From Acidiferrobacterales bacterium (GTDB lineage Bacteria; Pseudomonadota; Gammaproteobacteria; Acidiferrobacterales; JAJDNE01): a stretch of 64,000 nt of DNA. The DNA lies in NCBI GenBank assembly GCA_022340825.1, contig JAJDNE010000009.1:10849-74848 (forward strand), read 5' to 3'. Within the stretch, counting starts at the first letter, position 1. Each line of letters begins with the position of its first letter. Shown here one piece after another: positions 10,061-20,366 of the stretch. The notes under the pieces are model-generated. The model was not told where the DNA came from. It saw only the letters and a program-made list of their open reading frames with translations, and did no database searches. The translations under genes and the position numbers were made by a program.

Positions 10061-11248
10061 ATGGCACAAGACTCTTATCTGATGCACACCTATGGCCGGC
10101 TACCCGTGGCAATGGCCCGCGGCGAAGGCGCATGGCTATGGGACACCGACGGCAACAAGTACCTCGATGCCATGACCGGTATTGCGGTGTGTTCGCTCGG
10201 CCATGCTCACCCGACAGTGAGCCAGGCCATTTGCGACCAGGCCGGCACCCTGATGCACACCTCCAACTGGTACCAGATCCCCAGGCAGGAAGCGCTGGCC
10301 GAACGGCTGTGCAAACTTGCCGGAATGGACGCCGTGTTTTTCAGCAACTCCGGCGCCGAGGCCAACGAGGCTGCCATCAAGTTGGCAAGGTTATTCGGCC
10401 ACAACAAGGGCATCGATTTGCCGTCAATCGTGGTCACGGAGCACAGCTTCCATGGCCGCACCATGGCAACCCTGACCGCCACCGGTAGCCGCAAGGTTCA
10501 GGCAGGATTCGAGCCATTGGTGCAAGGGTTCAATCGAGTGCCGTACAACGACCTCGAGGCAGTCCGGCAGGTTGCCGCCAACAACAGCAATGTTGTGGCA
10601 GTGATGGTGGAACCGATACTCGGTGAAGGCGGCGTGGTCATCCCCGACGACGGTTACCTCAAAGGTCTACGCGAGATATGTGATGAAAATGGCTGGTTAC
10701 TGATGCTCGATGAGATTCAAACCGGCATGTGCCGTACCGGCAAGTGGTTTGCCAGCCAGCACGAGGGTGTGGTGCCTGATGTGATGACGTTGGCCAAAGC
10801 CCTCGGCAACGGCATGCCCATCGGCGCCTGCCTGGCACGTGGTACTGCCGCGGAGACGCTAGGTGCCGGTAAACACGGTTCGACCTTTGGTGGTAATCCG
10901 CTGGCCTGCGCCGCTGCCTCGGCCGTTGTCGATACCATGGAATCGGGTTCGCTGGACAAGCGTGCAGCCCAGTTGGGCAAACGAATTCTGGAGGGTCTCA
11001 CATCCTCACTCAACACAACGGAGGGCGTTCGCGAGATTCGTGGCAAAGGCCTGATGATTGCTGTTGAGCTGGACCGTGACTGTGGCGACCTGATGGCACT
11101 GGCCTTGAAAAAGAATCTGCTGATCAATGTGACCGCCGGTAACGTGGTTCGTTTGCTGCCGCCGATGATCCTGAGTGATGATGAAGCCGGCCAGATTGCT
11201 ACGGGTGTGGCGGACCTTATCATCGACTTCATGGCGACCGCACAATGA
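10061..11248 (+). CDS. argD: Acetylornithine aminotransferase
   Basis: 395 aa, [36 protein letters not shown]..., class-III PLP aminotransferase ([14 protein letters not shown]; TLAKALGNG lysine). Confidence 0.9.
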   Translation: MAQDSYLMHTYGRLPVAMARGEGAWLWDTDGNKYLDAMTGIAVCSLGHAHPTVSQAICDQAGTLMHTSNWYQIPRQEALAERLCKLAGMDAVFFSNSGAEANEAAIKLARLFGHNKGIDLPSIVVTEHSFHGRTMATLTATGSRKVQAGFEPLVQGFNRVPYNDLEAVRQVAANNSNVVAVMVEPILGEGGVVIPDDGYLKGLREICDENGWLLMLDEIQTGMCRTGKWFASQHEGVVPDVMTLAKALGNGMPIGACLARGTAAETLGAGKHGSTFGGNPLACAAASAVVDTMESGSLDKRAAQLGKRILEGLTSSLNTTEGVREIRGKGLMIAVELDRDCGDLMALALKKNLLINVTAGNVVRLLPPMILSDDEAGQIATGVADLIIDFMATAQ

Positions 11249-12147
11249 AACGCCATTTCCTGTCGTTGATGGACCTGAGCACAGACGAATTCCGCCAGCT
11301 GCTGGCGCGCGCTGCCGAACTCAAGACTGTCCATAAGTCGGGAAAGGTGATCAAGCCTTTGGATGGTAAAACCCTGGCCATGGTGTTCGACAAGTCCAGC
11401 ACCCGCACACGCGTTTCGTTCGAAGCTGGCATGGCGCAACTGGGTGGTAGCTCGATGTTCCTGTCGCCGCGGGACCTGCAGATCGGTCGTGGTGAGCCAA
11501 TAGAAGATACCGCGCGCGTAATGTCGCGCATGGTAGATGTGATCGTCATGCGCACGGGCGAACACAGTAACGTTGAGACCTTCGCCGCCAACTCCGAGGT
11601 ACCGGTCATCAACGCCTTAACCGATATGTATCACCCGTGCCAGCTGTTGGCTGATATGCAAACCTATATCGAGCATCGAGGCGATATTCGCGGCAAGACG
11701 GTGGCCTGGATTGGCGACGGCAACAATGTCTGTCATTCGTGGATGAACGCTGCGCGCCTGCTCGATTTCAAGCTGGTTATCGCCGTACCGGAAGGTTATG
11801 AGCCAGACGCGCAATTACTGGCGATTTGTAAAGACCGCGTCTCGCTTACCACTGATCCCGTCGCCGCGGCAACGGGTGCCGACGTCGTCGTCACTGACAC
11901 CTGGGCAAGTATGGGCCAGGAAGATGAAAAGGCGGCCCGGATGAAGGCGTTTGCCCCGTATATCGTAACCCGAGCCACCATGGCCGCGGCCAAGCCGGAG
12001 GCCATCTTCATGCATTGCCTGCCTGCCTACCGCGGCTCCGAAGTGGAAACCGAGGTGATCGATGGACCGCAGAGCGTGGTCTGGGATGAAGCCGAAAATC
12101 GCCTGCACGCGCAGAAGGCGCTACTCGAATTCCTGCTCACCCGGTAA
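11245..12147 (+). CDS. argF: Ornithine carbamoyltransferase
   Basis: 300 aa with [17 protein letters not shown] and HCLPA motifs. Overlaps the argD stop by 4 nt. Confidence 0.92.
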   Translation: MKRHFLSLMDLSTDEFRQLLARAAELKTVHKSGKVIKPLDGKTLAMVFDKSSTRTRVSFEAGMAQLGGSSMFLSPRDLQIGRGEPIEDTARVMSRMVDVIVMRTGEHSNVETFAANSEVPVINALTDMYHPCQLLADMQTYIEHRGDIRGKTVAWIGDGNNVCHSWMNAARLLDFKLVIAVPEGYEPDAQLLAICKDRVSLTTDPVAAATGADVVVTDTWASMGQEDEKAARMKAFAPYIVTRATMAAAKPEAIFMHCLPAYRGSEVETEVIDGPQSVVWDEAENRLHAQKALLEFLLTR

Positions 12148-12233
12148 CGCGCCAGTCGATTTAGTCGCACATCAGTGAATGAGATTTGTTATCATTTACT
12201 GACTTTACGTAATCTTTCCAGGAAGCCACCCCG

Positions 12234-13280
12234 TTGAGCGAGCTGCTCTCCCTAAAAGGCGTTCAGTGCAGTTACGAAGATCGCACCGTCGTGCGCGACC
12301 TGACTATGCACGTTAATCGTGGCAGTCTGGTCTGTCTGCTGGGTCCCAGCGGTTGCGGCAAGACCACCGTGTTGCGCGCCATCGCCGGCTTTCATCCACT
12401 GGACGCTGGCGAAATCTGCATTCACGGCCGGCCGGTATCCTCGCCCGGCTACACCTTGCCACCGGAAAAACGACGGCTGGGGATGGTGTTCCAGGACTAC
12501 GCCCTGTTCCCACACCTGGATCTGGCGAAAAATATTGCGTTTGGCCTGCGCCATCTGCCCGAAAACCGTCAAAAACAGGTAGTCCAGGCAATGCTGGAAG
12601 TGGTGGGACTCGAAGGCATGGACCATCGCTATCCGCACGAATTATCGGGCGGACAACAACAGCGTGTCGCCCTCGCCCGCGCCCTGGCGCCGCAACCAGA
12701 CCTGTTACTGATGGATGAACCCTTCTCTAATCTGGACGTGGAATTGCGTGAACGACTGAGCGAGGAAGTGCGACAAATTCTGAAGAAACAGGGGATTACA
12801 ATGGTATTGGTCACCCACGACCAGCACGAGGCCTTCGCCCTCGGTGACCAGGTCGGGGTGATGCACGAGGGCAGTCTGCTGCAATGGGATACACCCTACA
12901 ACCTTTACCACGAACCGAACTGTCGCTTCGTCGCGGATTTTATCGGTCAGGGGGTATTTCTGGGCGGGAGGCTGACGTCACCCGACCGGGTTGAAACCGA
13001 GCTGGGCGAGTACCAGGGTAACCGGGCATATGACTGGGGTGCAGGTACGCCGGTCGAGGTTTTATTGCGGCCTGATGACATTATTCCCGATCCGGACAGC
13101 ACGCTACAGCTGGAAATACTGCAAAAGGCCTTCAAAGGGGCCGAAATCATGTATACCCTTAAGCTACCCAACGGCGGTCGTCTGCTGTCACTGTTCCCGA
13201 GTCACGCCGACCACCGTATTGGCGAAAAAGTAGGCATCCGCATTGAGGCGGACCACCTGGTTGCATTTCCCCAAACCTGA
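12234..13280 (+). CDS. ABC transporter ATP-binding protein (FbpC/PotA-like importer ATPase with C-terminal TOBE-like domain)
   Basis: GPSGCGKTT Walker A, LSGGQQQRVALARAL signature, LLLMDEP Walker B. No permease or binding-protein gene adjacent. Confidence 0.85.
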   Translation: MSELLSLKGVQCSYEDRTVVRDLTMHVNRGSLVCLLGPSGCGKTTVLRAIAGFHPLDAGEICIHGRPVSSPGYTLPPEKRRLGMVFQDYALFPHLDLAKNIAFGLRHLPENRQKQVVQAMLEVVGLEGMDHRYPHELSGGQQQRVALARALAPQPDLLLMDEPFSNLDVELRERLSEEVRQILKKQGITMVLVTHDQHEAFALGDQVGVMHEGSLLQWDTPYNLYHEPNCRFVADFIGQGVFLGGRLTSPDRVETELGEYQGNRAYDWGAGTPVEVLLRPDDIIPDPDSTLQLEILQKAFKGAEIMYTLKLPNGGRLLSLFPSHADHRIGEKVGIRIEADHLVAFPQT

Positions 13281-13392
13281 CCGGGCCTGTACGCTCGAGA
13301 AGGATCGGCTATATTTATTGCTGTGGCCGGGGGGCACGCACGCAGCCGGAAGTCAGCACCCAGATTAACAACACGGACATGCTCAGGCACCC

Positions 13393-15606
13393 ATGGATAA
13401 TAAGGTATTAAGCGTACTGATCATCGACGACTCTCCGGATGACGCAGAGCTCCCGGTAAAGGAACTGCGCGCAGCCGGCTATCGCCTGAAGACCGAGCGC
13501 GTCTACAATCTCGCCGGTATGGAAGCAGCACTGCAGAAAGACAAGTGGGATATGGTGCTTTCGGATTTCACCCTTCTGCAATACGGCGCCCAGATGGCGC
13601 TGGAATTGCTGAAGCGCAAGAAACTGGACACCCCGCTAATTGTTATCACCCGATCCCTGAGCGATGAAGACTTCGCCGCCGTCACAGCCGCCGGTGCTCG
13701 CGATGTCATTCGCAAGAACTACACGGGGCGACTGGTGCCCGCCATTCGTCGCGAACTCGAGGTGGCCGACATGCGACGCGAACTCGAAGTCGCGCGGAAG
13801 AAAGTGCAGGAAATGGAGGCCCAGCATTCGGCCATGGTAACCGGAACCCAGGAGGCGGTTTGCTATTGTCACGACGGCATGCACATCGAGGCAAACCAGG
13901 CGTACCTGAATATGTTCGGCTACGACAACCTGGCGGATCTCGAAATCATTCCGGTTCTGGACCTCATCGCCAAGAACGATCAGAAACAATTCAAGGATGC
14001 GCTAAAAAAGGCCGCCAAGGGAAAACTCGACTCGAGTCTCGAATTGGTAGGCATTCGGGAAAATGGCGAAAACATCAACATTGAGGCCGTGTTCGCACCA
14101 GTCAAGCTTAAGGGTGAAGACACGATCCAGATTACCTTTGCTGATATCTCCGCGCGCAAGGCCACCGAAGATCGGCTGCAATATCTGACCCAGCGAGATG
14201 CGCTGACCGGGCTGTTCAACCGGCACTATTTCACCAAGGAACTGGGTCACGCCCTGAATGCCGCGCGAAAAGACGGTAAAACCAGTTCGCTAATCTACTT
14301 CGATCTTTACCAACTTGAAGAGATCAACAACACATTGGGATATACCGTTGGCGACGGCATGTTGCTCAAGGTAACCAAGGTGTTGAAAGAGCGCTTGGGC
14401 AAAGACAGTATGCTGGCTCGTTTCGGCGATGAGGAACTGACCATCCTGTTGCCTGACGCTGACAAATCCAAGGCCGACAGTCTGGCGGCCGAACTGAAGC
14501 AGGCGCTGGATGACGCCAATATCAGCGCCGGCGCGCAACAACAGAAATGTGGTTGCGCCGTAGGGACTGCCGAAATCACCAGTGACATGAAGAGCGTGCA
14601 CGAGGCGATTACCCAGGCGGTGATTCAAAGCAAGGGTCAACGTCCGACGCCTAAAACACCGGCACCCGCCGCGCCTCCAGTGCCTGGCGCGGCCGCACCA
14701 GCCGTTAAACCTCCGACTACGGAGACAAGTCTTGAAGTTGAAGCACCCCCGGCAACACCGGAGGTGCCCGTGCCGGCGACAGCGGCGACGGAAGCTACAC
14801 CCGCCACGGGTGGCGACCCGCTGATTTCCGCCGCGTTGCAAAGCAACGGTTTCCGGCTGGTCTACCAACCCGTCGTCAGCATGCAGGGAGAGACCCACGA
14901 AATGTACGAGGTACTGGTGCGCATGCTCGGCGAAAACGATGAGCTGATATCGCCAGGACAATTCATACCCAAGGCAGAAGCAAGCGGACAACTTGTCGAG
15001 ATCGACTGCTGGGTGATGCAGCGCACGCTGGAGGCAATGACCGCCATGGCCGAGGCCGGCCGCGCTGTCAGTTATTTCGTTAACGTTTCGCCAATGAGTT
15101 TCGGTAGTGAAGCGCTGCTCAATATCATCAGGGACGGGATTAAAAATGCCGGCATCGATGCACATAACCTTGTGATAGAAATGTCACAACCGGCAGTGGC
15201 GCAGAATGTAGACAAGGTTTCCGAGTTTATCTCACAGATCAGGAAACTGGGCTGCCAGATCTCCCTGGACAATTCCGGTCCGGCAACCGAGACCTTGCTC
15301 AAGCTTCCGCGCCAGTCAGTAAAATATCTGAAATTCGACGGCAACGTCATCAATGAATTGGCACAGTCCGAGGACAAGAATGCGCTGACTTCCATCATGG
15401 ACATGGCCAAACAGCTGGCGATTCGCACTGTCGCAACGCATATCGAGGATGCCTCGGCCCTGTCGGAAATCTGGCCCTACGGTTTTGATTTTGTCCAGGG
15501 CCATTACTTCCAGCAACCGGATGCGGACATGAGTTACGAGTTTGCCGCTGACGACGAAACTACCTTGTCAGAAGACGGCCTGTCCACGCCGACCTGGTCC
15601 CAGTAA
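13393..15606 (+). CDS. Response-regulator receiver - PAS - GGDEF - (Pro/Ala linker) - EAL protein; both c-di-GMP domains look degenerate
   Basis: N-terminal REC (VLIIDDSPDD..MVLSDF). The GGDEF position reads ARFGDEELTILL. The EAL domain has YEVLVR, LVIEMSQ, ISLDNSGP and ATHIE in place of EALxR, ExTE, DDFGTG and AEGVE. Confidence 0.85.
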   Translation: MDNKVLSVLIIDDSPDDAELPVKELRAAGYRLKTERVYNLAGMEAALQKDKWDMVLSDFTLLQYGAQMALELLKRKKLDTPLIVITRSLSDEDFAAVTAAGARDVIRKNYTGRLVPAIRRELEVADMRRELEVARKKVQEMEAQHSAMVTGTQEAVCYCHDGMHIEANQAYLNMFGYDNLADLEIIPVLDLIAKNDQKQFKDALKKAAKGKLDSSLELVGIRENGENINIEAVFAPVKLKGEDTIQITFADISARKATEDRLQYLTQRDALTGLFNRHYFTKELGHALNAARKDGKTSSLIYFDLYQLEEINNTLGYTVGDGMLLKVTKVLKERLGKDSMLARFGDEELTILLPDADKSKADSLAAELKQALDDANISAGAQQQKCGCAVGTAEITSDMKSVHEAITQAVIQSKGQRPTPKTPAPAAPPVPGAAAPAVKPPTTETSLEVEAPPATPEVPVPATAATEATPATGGDPLISAALQSNGFRLVYQPVVSMQGETHEMYEVLVRMLGENDELISPGQFIPKAEASGQLVEIDCWVMQRTLEAMTAMAEAGRAVSYFVNVSPMSFGSEALLNIIRDGIKNAGIDAHNLVIEMSQPAVAQNVDKVSEFISQIRKLGCQISLDNSGPATETLLKLPRQSVKYLKFDGNVINELAQSEDKNALTSIMDMAKQLAIRTVATHIEDASALSEIWPYGFDFVQGHYFQQPDADMSYEFAADDETTLSEDGLSTPTWSQ

Positions 15607-15730
15607 CACCCCCGCTCATTTCCAAACCTTTCCGATCGTCCGGATACTGCGATTAGCCGGATACACGCCTCGTTTTGCCATTCCCGCTTGTGTACACTCA
15701 GGCTCTTTCTGGTAATCCCGATATAGTCCC

Positions 15731-17536
15731 ATGCGTGTTCGTCATTATGGCGCCCCACCGAAAAATCGTGACGATTGGAAGACGATCGCCACCCTGTTGC
15801 CTTACCTGTGGGAGTTTCGCGGCCGGGTACTGCTGGCGCTGACACTGCTGGCATTGGCCAAATTCGCCAATGTCGGTATCCCGCTAATTTTAAAAGAAGT
15901 CGTCGACTCCCTGGACAAGCCGCAGGCGCTGTTAACGCTACCGGTGTTCCTGCTGCTGGCGTATGGCGCCCTGCGACTGGCAACCTCGCTTTTCGGTGAA
16001 TTGCGTGACGCTGTGTTCGCCAAAGTAGTTCAACGTTCAATCCGGCGCGTCGCAATCAAGGTATTTCGACACTTGCACGCACTGTCCCTGCGTTTTCACC
16101 TGGAACGACAGACGGGCGGCATGTCGCGCGACATCGAACGCGGCACTGCCGGGATTCGTTTTCTGCTGAACTTCATGCTGTTCAATATCCTGCCGACGAT
16201 CCTGGAAATTGCACTGGTGGCAGCCATCCTGTTAAGCAAATACGCGGCGGTATTCACGCTAGTCATACTGGCGACGCTCGTGGCATACATCGCTTTCACC
16301 CTGATCGTTACCGAGTGGCGCATGGTGTTCCGCCGCAACATGAACGAGATGGACTCAAAGGCCAATACCGCGGCGATTGATAGCCTGCTGAATTACGAAA
16401 CCGTAAAATATTTTGGTAACGAGGAATATGAGACACGGCGTTACGACAGCAGCATGCAGCAGTGGGAAAAGGCGGCGGTGCGAAACCAGACCTCGCTGTC
16501 GTTTCTCAACAGTGGCCAGAGCGCAATCATTGCCATCGGCGTCACTATTCTTATGATGCTGGCCGGTCAGGGCGTGGTCGATGGCGAGATGACGCTGGGT
16601 GACCTGGTCATGATCAACGCCTTCCTGCTGCAGCTGTATATGCCGCTGCATTTCCTCGGGTTTGTTTACCGTGAAATCCGGCACTCACTCGCCGACATGG
16701 AGCGCATGTTTAGCTTGCTGGAAACCAACACGGAGGTTCAGGACAAGCCGGATGCGGCAGACCTGGACATCTCTGCCGGCAGCATTCGATTCGAGCACGT
16801 CAGTTTTGGTTATGACCCGAAACGCCAGATCCTGTACGACGTCGACTTTGAAGTGCCTGCGGGCAACAAGGTTGCGGTGGTGGGTCACAGTGGTGCCGGC
16901 AAATCCACCTTGTCGCGTTTGCTGTTCCGGTTTTACGACGTGACTGGCGGGCGGATCACCATCGACGGCCAGGATATTCGCGATGTCACGCAGAAAAGCG
17001 TACGAGACGCTATAGGAATCGTGCCGCAGGATACGGTGCTGTTTAACGATTCAATCTACTACAACATCGCCTACGGTAATCCGGATGCTACCCGCGAGCA
17101 GATAATACGGGCAGCACAACGGGCGCATATTCATGACTTCGTGGAGACGCTACCCGACGGCTACGACACACTGGTTGGTGAACGTGGACTCAAGCTTTCC
17201 GGTGGCGAGAAACAGCGGGTAGCGATTGCACGCACGCTGCTCAAGGATCCCTGTATTCTGGTTTTCGATGAAGCAACCTCAGCACTGGATTCGACGACGG
17301 AGAAGCGTATTCAGGCAGAACTCGCCGACATTGCACGTCACCATACGACTCTCGTGATCGCACATCGGCTGTCTACCATCATGGATGCGGATCAGATCCT
17401 GGTCATGCATCAGGGCCGGATCATCGAGCGCGGCAGTCACCAGCAATTGATTTCACAAAATAATGTCTATGCCCGGATGTGGGCGATTCAACAACAGGAA
17501 GAAAGCGCCGAAACACCGTTGTCTGCCGGCGCCTAG
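15731..17536 (+). CDS. Atm1/ABCB6-type ABC exporter (fused permease + ATPase)
   Basis: 601 aa, 6-TM N-terminal domain, GHSGAGKST Walker A, LSGGEKQRVAIAR signature, ILVFDEATS Walker B. Confidence 0.85.
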   Translation: MRVRHYGAPPKNRDDWKTIATLLPYLWEFRGRVLLALTLLALAKFANVGIPLILKEVVDSLDKPQALLTLPVFLLLAYGALRLATSLFGELRDAVFAKVVQRSIRRVAIKVFRHLHALSLRFHLERQTGGMSRDIERGTAGIRFLLNFMLFNILPTILEIALVAAILLSKYAAVFTLVILATLVAYIAFTLIVTEWRMVFRRNMNEMDSKANTAAIDSLLNYETVKYFGNEEYETRRYDSSMQQWEKAAVRNQTSLSFLNSGQSAIIAIGVTILMMLAGQGVVDGEMTLGDLVMINAFLLQLYMPLHFLGFVYREIRHSLADMERMFSLLETNTEVQDKPDAADLDISAGSIRFEHVSFGYDPKRQILYDVDFEVPAGNKVAVVGHSGAGKSTLSRLLFRFYDVTGGRITIDGQDIRDVTQKSVRDAIGIVPQDTVLFNDSIYYNIAYGNPDATREQIIRAAQRAHIHDFVETLPDGYDTLVGERGLKLSGGEKQRVAIARTLLKDPCILVFDEATSALDSTTEKRIQAELADIARHHTTLVIAHRLSTIMDADQILVMHQGRIIERGSHQQLISQNNVYARMWAIQQQEESAETPLSAGA

Positions 17537-17558
17537 GCAAAGGCACTGGCGTTAACGA

Positions 17559-19907
17559 CTACGCCAACGCCTGGCGTATCGGCCATGGCGACTGACGGCT
17601 CCAGGCAAAGAACTCGTCCGCCGGCAACGGGCGACTGATAAAATAACCCTGCGCAGCATCACAACCCTGCGTGCCCAGCATATCCAGCAGGTCCCTGCTT
17701 TCCACACCTTCGGCAACCACTTTCAAACCCAGGTTGTGTGCAAGGTCGACACTGGTACGAACGATGGCGGCATCGTTGGGATCCTGCAACATACCGATAA
17801 TAAAGGACTTGTCGATTTTTACTGAATTGGCCGGCAGGCGTTTTAGGTAGGCGAGCGACGAGTAACCGGTACCAAAATCATCAATGGTGATATTGATACC
17901 CATCGCGGACAGGTGCCCCAGGATATCGAGCGCGCGAATGGGATCGTGCATCATTGAGCTTTCGGTAATCTCCAGTTCCAGCCGATGAGAACTGATCTGT
18001 TTGTCGGACAACAACGTGGAAATGCGAATGGCGATATCCGGATCCTGCAGGTCACGGGTAGACAAATTTATCGCAATCCGTGTATTCAGGCCCTGCTCCT
18101 TCCAGCGCTGGTACTGGCTCAGCGACTCTTCCAGCACCCATTGCGTCAGGTTCCGGATCTGGCCGGTCTGTTCCAGTATCGGGATAAATACTTCGGGTGA
18201 CGTGACTTCATGGCCGTTGCGCTTCCAACGTGCCAGCGCCTCGACGCCTTCTACCTCCCGGGTACGAAGATTTATTTTTGGCTGGTAGTAAAGCTCGAAT
18301 GCCTTGAGATCAACCGCCTGACGCAAGTCACCCATCAACTCCAGGCGACTTGAGCTATCCCGATCAAGCTCCTCGTTGTAAACGGTAAACCCTTTCTTTT
18401 CGTTCTTCGCTTCATACATGGAGATATCGGCTTTTTGCATCAGGGTGCTGACGTTGTCTCCGTGAGCAGGGAACATGGCAATACCGATACTGGCGCTGAT
18501 ATAAAACTTGTCGCCGTTGACCTCGAACGGCAGACGGAGTGCCTCCAGCAGGCTCGTAGCCATTTGCGTTGCAAAATGCCTGTCGACAGATTGCAGCAGG
18601 ATGGCGAATTCATCGCCGCCCAGTCGCGCAACGGTGTCGCTCTCGCGCAATTGATCCACCAGTCGCATGCCCACCTGTTGCAGTATCAAATCGCCAACGT
18701 GATGGCCGACGGTATCGTTAATCTCCTTGAACCGGTCCAGATCCATAATGAACACGGCAAAGGAGCGTTCTGAGCGACGGGCTGCCAGAACGGATTGCTC
18801 AAGACGGTCGTGAAACAGTGTGCGATTGGGCAACTTGGTCAATGGATCCATGAATGCCATGCGCTGCAGATTCTCGTAGGACTCCTTGAGCTTGGCGGTC
18901 ATTTCATTGAAACCTTCAGCCAACTCATAGACTTCGGCATTGCCCTCGGCAACGACTTTTCTTCCAAGCTCAGTCTGGTCAGCGCGAATCTTGGCGACCT
19001 GGTAGGTCAGCTCGGTAATGGGCTCGATTGCAGTACGCTGCAACACGCTGATGGAGACAACGATCACGATCAGCACTACCACGCCAGCGACGATAAGCAC
19101 GATATAACTGGTACGACCCAACTCACTACGCAGGCCGGCAAGATCCCTGGCAGCCTGTATATCGACCTGGGCCGCTGCCGGGCTGGTGCTGAGTGCAGTA
19201 TCCGTGATGACGAAATTCGACTGCCGATTGTGCGGCGGGAATCCTGCCGATCGAAACAACTCTTTGCCGCCGGAAGTTGTCACGCGAATCGGCATGCCCA
19301 GACTCTTCTCAGTTGCCGCAAAGCGCGGCAACAGGCTGGATACCACTTCGACATACCCGGCAGCGGCCATCTCACCCAGCGGCATGACCGTGACAAATAG
19401 CGCACTACCACCGGATTGACACACCTCGGATACCGGAGTCGTATTACTATTGACTGCACTTTTCAAAACCTTTTTGTGCAAGTCCGGACACATACCGGGG
19501 ATGAGTAATTCCTTGAAATCTTTCTGCGGAGACTGGGTCAGAAATTTCAGATTGGCGTCATACAGGTAGAGGCGACGAATACTGTGATTCCCTGGAGACT
19601 GCAGGTAAGAGTTCATCTGCATGCGCAGATGTTCGGTCAATGCGCGAACATCCCCTTTTTTTGCATCAGGAAGAAACTGCTGCCGAAGCACCAATGTGCT
19701 GATTAGCTGGTGCGAAGTTTGCTCGAGATCACGCCTGAGATTTTTCACTTCCGTCTCGGTGATCTGTCGCACCAGCGCTTCCTCGCGCTGGATAGAGTTA
19801 TATTGAAACACCTCGCCGCTGATATAAACGAGCACAACTGCCAGGTTGCCAATCACAAAGATGGCACCGGCAAGAATCGTCCGGATCGAAATGCGTTTAA
19901 AATTCAA
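17559..19907 (-). CDS. Membrane sensor diguanylate cyclase/phosphodiesterase (TM - periplasmic domain - TM - HAMP - GGDEF - EAL)
   Basis: 782 aa with canonical RLGGDEFAILL, EALARW, EITE, DDFGTGYSSL, AEGVES and QGYF motifs. Confidence 0.9.
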   Translation of the reverse strand: MNFKRISIRTILAGAIFVIGNLAVVLVYISGEVFQYNSIQREEALVRQITETEVKNLRRDLEQTSHQLISTLVLRQQFLPDAKKGDVRALTEHLRMQMNSYLQSPGNHSIRRLYLYDANLKFLTQSPQKDFKELLIPGMCPDLHKKVLKSAVNSNTTPVSEVCQSGGSALFVTVMPLGEMAAAGYVEVVSSLLPRFAATEKSLGMPIRVTTSGGKELFRSAGFPPHNRQSNFVITDTALSTSPAAAQVDIQAARDLAGLRSELGRTSYIVLIVAGVVVLIVIVVSISVLQRTAIEPITELTYQVAKIRADQTELGRKVVAEGNAEVYELAEGFNEMTAKLKESYENLQRMAFMDPLTKLPNRTLFHDRLEQSVLAARRSERSFAVFIMDLDRFKEINDTVGHHVGDLILQQVGMRLVDQLRESDTVARLGGDEFAILLQSVDRHFATQMATSLLEALRLPFEVNGDKFYISASIGIAMFPAHGDNVSTLMQKADISMYEAKNEKKGFTVYNEELDRDSSSRLELMGDLRQAVDLKAFELYYQPKINLRTREVEGVEALARWKRNGHEVTSPEVFIPILEQTGQIRNLTQWVLEESLSQYQRWKEQGLNTRIAINLSTRDLQDPDIAIRISTLLSDKQISSHRLELEITESSMMHDPIRALDILGHLSAMGINITIDDFGTGYSSLAYLKRLPANSVKIDKSFIIGMLQDPNDAAIVRTSVDLAHNLGLKVVAEGVESRDLLDMLGTQGCDAAQGYFISRPLPADEFFAWSRQSPWPIRQALA

Positions 19908-20219
19908 TGTAATTGTCAGTCAGCAAGGGGTTTGGGGAAACAGCTTTCTGCACGCAAGCCGGTTTCGCACAGCTCGGGACCACGCGAAAATCGCTCACTC
20001 GTTGCCAGTTCAGCCAGAACTCCATTTCGTCAGTTAACCTCGATAATCTCCGGTATCAGGATTGATCTTCAAAAAGCTCTTAAATTCAGACCCAATATCT
20101 TTATCGTCAGGCCAACTTAATTTCCCTGCCAGTCCGTAAGCGGGGGATCGGCAACCAGGCTCACCCCGACAGAGACCGGGTGTCCAGAACGCAATCGTGT
20201 CCCGGTCAGGGTCCAGTTC

Positions 20220-20239
20220 ATAACTATATAATTAGTTAT
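20220..20239. promoter_or_regulatory. 7-bp inverted repeat flanking a TATAAT hexamer (ATAACTA-TATAAT-TAGTTAT)
   Basis: Read directly from the sequence. Located about 130 bp upstream of the methyltransferase gene, in a 460-bp non-coding gap. Confidence 0.3.
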
Positions 20240-20366
20240 TCTAGCGCAAACTGCGAAGCTGGCCAGCGGCTTTAGCCCCCATCCACGTAGTCATTGCCAG
20301 CGAAAACGACTAACATTGGCGCCCCACGCCCCACCGGCCACTTAAAAACAGAATTTCAGCAAAATA

